Positions 55,137 through 64,000 of a stretch of 64,000 nucleotides of DNA are shown here, one piece after another. This stretch comes from Octopus sinensis (lineage: Eukaryota): NCBI RefSeq assembly GCF_006345805.1, contig NC_043020.1, positions 2,294,001-2,358,000 on the forward strand. Direction: 5' to 3'. The notes beneath the pieces are model-generated. The model searched no databases, was not told the DNA's origin, and saw nothing but the letters and a program-made list of their open reading frames with translations. The stretch's first letter is position 1. Each line of letters begins with the position of its first letter. A program made the translations under genes and the position numbers.

Positions 55137-55692
55137 CTTACATACAGACATATACATACATACAATATATATTTATATATACTTATATACACACATACCT
55201 ACCTACAAACATACTTACATGCCTTGCCTATATATATATATATATAGACACACATATACATACATATACACATACCTACCTATACACATACATACATGCC
55301 TATATATATATATATATATATATATATCATCATCATCGTTTAACGTCCGTTTTCCGCGCTAGCACAGATATATATATATCATATATATATACACATACAC
55401 ACACATACATACATGTAGGACTTTATTTTCTTGTGGATAAAAGCGACAGTGTGAATAATTTCTCCGTCTATAGAATTCATCTGTCGCCGACATCAAAGTG
55501 AAATTATGTATTGATAAACATAACAATATATAAATGAATTGATAAATATTAAATATAAAAAAAAACACACACACCAAAGTCCCTTAGCAACCTTGAAATA
55601 ATACTGAAATGATAAACTTGCCTTGTTCCGAACAATCACATTTCTCAATTCAAATGTGGTCGTGTTTTCATATATGTGTGTGTGGTGTTGTA

Positions 55693-55734
<42 letters not shown>

Positions 55735-55761
55735 ATATCTATATATGTATATATATATTAG

Positions 55762-55810
<49 letters not shown>

Positions 55811-55972
55811 GTATATATATATGTGTATATATATATATATATAATATATATATATTATATAATATATGTATATGCGTATGTATATATGTATTAATGTATA
55901 TGTAGATATGTGTGTGTGTTGGCATATATATTACATATCTATATCTATCTATCTATGTTATATATATATATA

Positions 55973-56005
<33 letters not shown>

Positions 56006-56208
56006 TTATACATACAAAGATATTTATGTACATACAGATATGTATGTGTGTATGTATGTATGTATGTATGTATGTATGTATGTATGTATGTATGTATGTA
56101 TGTATGAATATATACATATGAATATAGATATGTATGTGGATGTACACACACACATATTTATATATCTATATAATATGAATCTAGAGAGACTTATGTGTAC
56201 ATTTATAC

Positions 56209-56240
<32 letters not shown>

Positions 56241-56574
56241 GTGTGTGTGTATATATATAGATAGATATACACATACATAAATGAGGCCACACACACACAT
56301 ATATATATACGCTTGTTAGCTTCAGCACAACACTTCTTTTCCTTATTCTTAGATAGTTGTTTCTCCAAATTTATAAATTTCTGGGGTGATAGAAGCTTTC
56401 TTTCCTTTGATGATAACCAGCATCCTTGTTATCACCATCATCATCATCATCTTCATCATCATCATCAATACCAATGCCAGCATTTCCAACCCACCTCACA
56501 TTATATAAACTGTTACAATGTAAACTCTTCTTCCTCTTCCTTTCCATCATCCACCACTCTCTCTTCTTCTATTG

Positions 56575-56628
<54 letters not shown>

Positions 56629-59528
56629 ACTCTTTCTCTCTTTCTCTCTCTGACTCTATTTTCCTAGGAAACCAGATTTAGGGAGAATTCCCTGAGCAAC
56701 GGGACTGGAATTCCATACTAACTCAGTGGCTAGCAGTTTTACTTATCATCATACAGAGATGCAGGTGTAGCTGTGTGGTAAGAAGTTTACTTTCCAACCA
56801 CAAGGTCCTAGGTTCAATTCTACCAAGTTTGGGACTTATTATCTTGTGCTTAGCAACTCATTACCTTAAATTTGAAGCCAAACTTGGTATTGAACTTCCA
56901 CTCTGTAGGATAACATTGGATGCACATCTCAGTCTATTTGACTTCCAACAATTAACAATTGTAATTTGAAGTTGAATGGTTAGCAGTAAGAAAGATGTCC
57001 AATTTTCTATAAAAATTATTGTCTAAGCTGTTCTGAGAAAAAGTAACTTTTTCACCATAACAAAAAACAAACAAACACACAGGTGTCTCTGTGGTAACTT
57101 GAGCTACAACAAATAGCAGTCAAATCTCTCTTAAAACACACCCTTTTAGATTTATGGTATTTCAGGAAGAAAAAACAAAAAAGAAGGTACGTGATGGGTC
57201 TGCTACATCAGAGGCAACTCTGAGCTAAAAAAAACACAGACAAACATACTTCACATTAAAAGATTATCTACTAAATAACACTAATAAAGTTTAATTCTCT
57301 GGCAAAACTCCATGTATTTTAAACATTTTCTCTTTATGCTCTAAGACATAAAGATTGTTCAACTAAAGACATCAAAATTATGCAACCTGACCTTGTTTTC
57401 GAGGTTATTTTTGTCGTAAAAAAGTGTTGTGCAAAGAACATATTTTAATTGGTAGCCGAAAGATTACTGGATCTTTTGAAACCTCATACGTCAAAATTGG
57501 CAACTCAGTGTTTGAATCCATAAGGAACACACACACACACAAATTCAGCATTATATGTTTAGATTTGATAGGATGTAACAAGGACAACGGGTGGCTTTGA
57601 GAAGGCCAAAGTCAGTTCAACAATAAACTCAGAATAAAAAGATGAATCAATGACAAGGTGGGTTTTACAAAGAGTGAAACTGCTTCCATATCAGATAGTC
57701 TTAGACAAAGTTGATGTGCTGATGTCAACTAAAAGCAAAGATTATTGTGTAAAGAGCATAGTTGGTGCCCTAATAAACAGTCACACATTTCCTAAGATGA
57801 ATTAAAGACACAGAGTATTTTGGGGAATGTAAATTTGGTTTCCAGTCACTTTTACTGTCCATGAGAGACAGTTTAAATGTCATGTGTTGACCAGCCAATC
57901 AACCTCCCCCTCTCCGTTGCCGTTTCATATCACAGACTTCCTGGCGCTAGACATATGGAAAACAGCGTGAATTCATATTCCTGGCTTTCACGACGAGGAA
58001 TAACTAATGCGAAGTTTTATTATCAAGAATTTACTTTTTGAAGAAAAAGAAAAAATATGTGTTTATACTTGTGTGTGTGTATGTGTGTTCGTTTGTTTGT
58101 GTGTGTTTGTGTGTGTATATATACACAAAGACAAACTCAGATATTTAGAGACAAATATGGAAAGAAAAAAAAGGAAAGCAAAGAAGGAAAGAAAAAATTA
58201 GCAATGAACTAAAAGGGAAAAAGAAAGCAAGGAAAGATAAAAAGAAAGAAGAAAAGAATGAAAATGAAAGAGAGAAAACATTATCTTTTATGTTTTGTGT
58301 TGCTAGATATAACCAAAGTGATATCATATTGATTTTGTTTATTAATATAATTCCAAGACATACCAATATTGTCATATATATATATGTATATATACATATA
58401 CATACACATAAATGTGTGTGTGTATGTATATATATATATATAATATATATACATACAAAAATATATACATATGTACACACACACACACACACATTTATAT
58501 GCATATATATATACATATAGATACATGCAAATATACATACATATATATACATATACAAACATACATACATATATACATACGTGCGAATACATACATATAT
58601 ATTTATATATAGAGACATATACATGTGTGTGTGTTGTGTGTGTGTGTGTGTGTGTGTGTGCATATAACACTGTTGTAATATCTTGGGTGTTATTTTCTAG
58701 AATGGGGGTAAGGTCGAATAGCAGAAATGGTAAACTCTTCTTGTTTTATATTCTTTATTTTATAACATTCATTTTTCCCCCGACTTCATTTGCCAAACAC
58801 AACAACAACAAACAAACAAGGAAACAACCAAAAACTTGAGCCACCTCTTGGCACTACATTGAGTTCAAATCTGCAGTGGGTGTTCCATTGTTTTGCTGAG
58901 TCACTGGGACACTTTATGCTACGTTCCCCACTTTGGTCACATTCTATAAGAAACTAGTGCCAGAACATCAGGAAAATTGTAAGAACTTGGTAACAGATAA
59001 AAGAAAAACAAATAAATAAATGCATCAATGTAAGAAATCTCTGCATCCTCTTCCTTGTATTCTTTAATTTCTAACTCAAATTTCTAATCCCACCTTATGT
59101 TATAAAGGGATGGTCATCTGGTTATCTTCCTTGTATTAACAATCATAGCCAGAGGACATTACATCATCATCATCATCATCGTTTAACGCCTGCTTTCCAC
59201 ACACACAACAAGCTTCCATAAAGCTTCTGTCTATGGTATTACTCCTATAAGGCTTGATCGGCTGAGGTTATAGTAAAAGCCCCCTGCCCAAGGTGCAACA
59301 TAGTGGGACTGAACCCAGAATCATGTGGTTGCAACGTCACCTCCTTAACCACACAGCCGTTCCTGATAAGAAGAAGACAAATTGTAACATGTTGACTTCA
59401 GAAATTTACAGAAAGACTAGCAACAACAACAGTCACTCTTTGATGTGCCATTGAATGTATGTGTGTAGAGAGGAAATGATTGTGTTATTTCTGATTATTT
59501 TTGTTATCCTATATTTCAATAATATCTT

Positions 59529-59589
<61 letters not shown>

Positions 59590-60990
59590 CATCACCATCA
59601 TCAGTGCTGCTATCTCAATTTTTACTATTATATTATTATTATTATTATTATTATTATTATCATCATCATCATCATATCATCATCATCAAAATGGCAAGCA
59701 GGCACAATTGTCTTTCATTGGTCTTCATGTTCTGAGTTCAAATGCCACCAGGGTTGACTTTGCCTTTCATCCCTTCAGGTGTCGATAAATCAAGTACCAG
59801 TGAAACACTGCGGTCAATGTAATCGCCTAGTCCCCCTCCCTACAAATTTCAGGCCTTGCACCTATAGTAGAAAGGATCATTATTATTATTATTATTATTA
59901 TTAAGGATGGAGAGGGAAGTGTTGTCTTCTAACCAGTTTGCCGAAAGGTGGAAGAAAGTGGCAAGGAAAGGAAACGGAAAAAGGCACCTGCACCAAAAAT
60001 CAGGGTACCCATGGTTTTTCATGGGGATTTTCCATGAGCAGTCCTTGAACATCTCCCCCCCTATTGAGGAATACACATTCCTGATCTACCTCTTTTTTCT
60101 TTTGATATTTTATTAGTCCTGCTTACAGGCAAAACCCTCACGACTACACACACATTCACACACACACACACGCATACACACACACATTTTTTTTTGTTTT
60201 GCCCTGTGCTGTCCATAATGTTTTTCTTCATGGAAACCCTTGTGGCAAATATAAAGAAATCATCATCATTATTATTATTATTATTATTATCATTATTAAT
60301 GTTGTTGTTATTGTCGTCGTCGTCATCATCACAACTACTACTGCTGCTGCAGCAACTATTACTGCTTTTCTACCATGATTACTATTATCATAATTACAAT
60401 TACCATAATTACGATTATTATTATTATTATTATAATTATTATTATTATAATCATTATTATTATTGTTATGATTATTATCATTATTATTATTGTTATGATT
60501 ATTGTTATTGTTATTACTGCTGTTGTTGAAATAAATAACATTAATATTCACAAACATAACTTTAATCAATTATGTTTGTTTGATTGTTTGATTTTCTTGT
60601 TTATATTTTATCTTCATATTTATTTATTTATTTATTGGATTTTGAACTCTGACATCGGCTTAATATGATACAAAATTGAAATTTCCAATGTTTTTTAAAA
60701 TATAGATCACTTCAACATATATACATATATATATACACACACATATATATATAGATACACACACATACATATATGCATACATACATATATATATAAATAA
60801 ATATACACATACATATATCTATATATATACGCACACAAACATATATGTACATAAATATATATATACACACACACATATATATATATACATATAATTATGT
60901 ATATATTTGTATATATATTATATATACATATATATATATGTGTGTGTGTGTATGTATGAATATATGTATGTATGCATGTGTGCATATGTA

Positions 60991-61322
60991 TACGAGGTCT
61001 TATCAATAAGTATCCGGACTGTTGCCATAGTAAAGAAGCTCAAGCATGCAGACTGAAGCATCTTTATCAAAAATTGACCTTGAACTCTGCTGTGCATGCG
61101 CACTAAGTTTTAATGTTCTAGCTCACTTCTGCTTTTTACAGCAGTGCTTGGAAGGAAGGTGTGTAGCATGTGATCCTTGCATTGACCATCAAAGAGAAAA
61201 TTGCCATGGCGATACCTGCTCAGAATCCTACACAAAGTTGCTGAAAGTGTATGGAGAGGAGTGTATGAGCTGCACACAAGTGTACGAGTGCTTCAGAGTT
61301 TCCAAGATGGCCAAAAAAATGT
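60991..61322 (+). pseudogene. Mariner transposon 5' end with decayed transposase N-terminus
   Basis: TIR-like tacgaggtcttatcaataagtatccggac. Peptide GDTCSESYTKLLKVYGEECMSCTQVYECF resembles the mariner paired/HTH domain. Confidence 0.8.
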
Positions 61323-61332
61323 GAATATAAAT

Positions 61333-61368
<36 letters not shown>

Positions 61369-62017
61369 TAAAGGGAAAGTTTACAAAAATAAACAAAAGA
61401 CGAAGGCAGGTGGAGTACAAACAAACAAATGTATTAGTATAGCACTCAGGAATAGAAATAGAAAAAGTCTTTTACGTTTCGAGCCTACGCTCTTCGACAG
61501 AAAGATACACAGAAAGAAAGAAACAAGGAGAGAGAGAAACAAGAAGAGAAACAAGGAGAGAAAAAAGGAGAGAAAAAATGCGTGTAGGAGCTAACGATCT
61601 ATCATGTACAGTGGGCTTCTTTCTGTCTCTGCCTACCAAATCTACTCACAAGGCTTTGGTCAACCTGAGGTTATAATAGAAGGCACTTTCCAAAGTGCCG
61701 TGCAGTGGGACTGAACCCAGAACCATGTAGTTGGGAAGCAAACTTCTTACCACACAGCCACGCCTGCATATATCTTGTAATGTTTATCTTTTAATTATGC
61801 TGTGTCAATATTTAAGAAGTAAAACGGCCTTAAAAACATTTACTTGCATTTCTTATATAGAATTTCTTTGGGAAACAGTCTATTTAATTTTTTAATTATA
61901 CTATGTGAGAATGGCTATTCTGGGATAAAATAAGAAAAGCTGATTAAAGCATTTGTTTACAGTTTTGAAATGGAGTTTAAATGAGAAATATATTATCACA
62001 TTAATTATTTGTATTAT

Positions 62018-62508
62018 AGAAATGTTACATTTCTAAATATCTCAGAGAGATATAAGCAGTAGTGGTACGATAGAGCGGTTGTATACTGTCAACTTAACGT
62101 AACAGTCCCATAAAGGGAATCACACCACCGGTATTTAGCCCTAGGAAGCATCAACGCTTCCTGTCGGCCTTGACACATTTCCTGTGTCCTTATGTTTACA
62201 AGGGGGAGATAAGCACCCCCACCCAGCTAAGCCTGCATCCAGAGACTAGTTTCTGAGTTTTTGCTCATCATCAGTCTGGAGTAGCATGGCTTGCTAGCTG
62301 CAGATGCTTGTCTAGACCTTGTAAACATATATAATAATTCCAGTGAAATAAATCCACTGATCACAAAAACAGAAATATTACATTTCTAAATATCTGAGAG
62401 AGATATAAGCAGTGGTGGTATGATAGAGCAGTTGTATATTTCACTGGAATTATTATATGTTCACAAGGCCTAGACAAGCATCTGCAGCTAGCAAGCCATG
62501 CTACTCCA
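62018..62508 (-). mobile_element. Non-autonomous Penelope-pLTR/retrozyme-like element
   Basis: ~68 bp direct repeat at offset 353 (62018-62085 / 62371-62438). Inverted copy of 62277-62350 at 62437-62508. Internal hammerhead; no ORF. Confidence 0.65.
62238..62280 (-). ncRNA. Minimal type I hammerhead ribozyme motif
   Basis: Minus strand reads TCCAGA-CTGATGA-TGAG-caaaaa-CTCA-GAAA-CTAG-TC-TCTGGA. It has a perfect 6-bp helix I, intact core, 4-bp helix II, palindromic ACTAGT helix III and a GUC site. Confidence 0.8.
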
Positions 62509-62633
62509 TATGTAGTACATATATATATATATATATGTACCAGGGGAAAACATTTTTATTTTGCTTCAATAAACTCAGTCTGATCCATTCAAACACAGAA
62601 AAGTGGATGTTAAAATGCTATACATACATACAT

Positions 62634-62707
<74 letters not shown>

Positions 62708-63386
62708 GGATGGATGGATGGATGAGTGCTTGTGTGTGTGCATGTGCATGCACTCGTGTCAGTGTGTTTGACCCTCCCACTGTTTGGCAATCGGTGTTGG
62801 TCTGTTCACCTCCTTATAACTTAGCAGTTTGGCAAAAGACAAATGATAGGATAAGTCCCAGACTGAAAAGGGAAAGTAAATAATGGAACCAATTTGTTTG
62901 ACTAAAACCCTTTAAAAGCACTGCTGCAGCATGGCAGCAGTCCAATGATGGAAACAAGTGAAAGAAGCTAGGTATATATCTGCTGCATCTTTTGAGATTA
63001 AACTGTAACAAAGTGAAGCCTTATATCAGCAAATGCAAAAGCCCAGCCAAAAGCTGATCACAATTCAGCTTTGTAATTGCTTGGTGTGTTTACACTTGTT
63101 TTGAAATAAAAGAAAGAAAATATTTGACGTTGGCAGAATTTATTGAATGCAAGAATTCAGCAGAGAAACTGTTTAAATTTTCACTTACGTTTTCAATGTC
63201 AATACACGTCTGTTGTTATTTTTCTACTTTTCAAACACTCCTTTACGCAACCCCACATACTACGGCCCTCTGCCATCCACAACGTTTACTGTGAACCCTT
63301 AGTGGTGAATAAAGAAAGCGGTGTTGCTTTTGTTATCATTATTATTGTTGTTGTTGTGTTGTTGTTGTTGTTGTTGTTGATATTAA

Positions 63387-63605
63387 CCCTTTAGTGTTCA
63401 GATTATTCTATCAAACATAATGCCTATTGATTCCCATTGATTTGAATTAATCATGCATTATCTCATATCTTCAAGATCTTGATGGTGTAATCACTTAATG
63501 TAGAATAACATTGTAGGGTAGGTGTGAGAGCCTGGATCTGGTCAGTTTGAACATAAAACAGATTAACTATTTTGGCCGGATATGGCTGGTTTAAATACTA
63601 AAGGG
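63387..63605. mobile_element. piggyBac-like MITE, second family
   Basis: TTAA|CCCTTTAGTGTT ... AATACTAAAGGG|TTAA; related pieces at ~9407-9590 (reverse) and ~47060-47250. Confidence 0.8.
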
Positions 63606-63608
63606 TTA

Positions 63609-63802
63609 AGGTGACAAGCTGGCAGAGTGGTTAGCACACTGGGCAAAATGCTTAGCAGCATTTCATCCGTCTTTACATTCTGAGTTCAAGTTCCGCTGAG
63701 GTCGACTTGGCCTTTCATTCTTTTGAGGTCGATGAAATAAATACCAATTACGCACTGGGATCAACATAATCGACTAGCCCCACCCCCAAAATTTCAGGCT
63801 TT
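63609..63802 (+). mobile_element. SINE family B
   Basis: aggtgacaagctggcagag head and gcctttcattcttttgaggtcgat core. Confidence 0.7.
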
Positions 63803-64000
63803 GAGTTTTCTTGAATTTATTCAAAGGTGGGTGAAAGTTACAAAAATGGCAAGAGTGGATGGTACTTCTCTGAGTGTAGACCTGTGAGTCGGAGAGAAGG
63901 AATTGGAAGGGGCACTTGCTCTTGGTGTTCAGGGAAATCCAGGACAGTGGGGTTCCTTGATTATCCCTAGAGGTCATCCTGTATGAGGAGGGCTACATCT

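Noticed and set aside
52262-64000. Next upstream INTS13 exon (ending ...IPMK)
   Set aside because: No matching sequence found by eye; probably outside the window.

Overview
AT-rich, microsatellite- and SINE-dense animal genomic DNA; the SINE repertoire suggests an octopus/coleoid cephalopod (inference). Almost all ORFs in the track are simple-repeat artefacts. The window lies inside one minus-strand gene, INTS13/asunder (Integrator subunit 13). Four internal GT-AG exons (52261-52177, 40726/40729-40631, 20001-19912, 720-542) splice in frame across 11-21 kb introns. The introns carry tRNA-derived SINEs, an RTE-tailed repeat, MITEs and fossil mariner, Chapaev3-like, L1/Tx1 and R4/Dong-like elements. 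They also carry a 1.16 kb tandem duplication and a ~310 bp x ~8 array fused to a retroposon tail. The most notable signal is a set of minimal type I hammerhead-ribozyme motifs (62238-62280, 51282-51354, 51696-51748, plus three decayed ones). They sit in small non-coding Penelope/retrozyme-like units, and several coincide with fold-back inversions that break at helix I. All identifications are by eye; no searches or folding programs were run.
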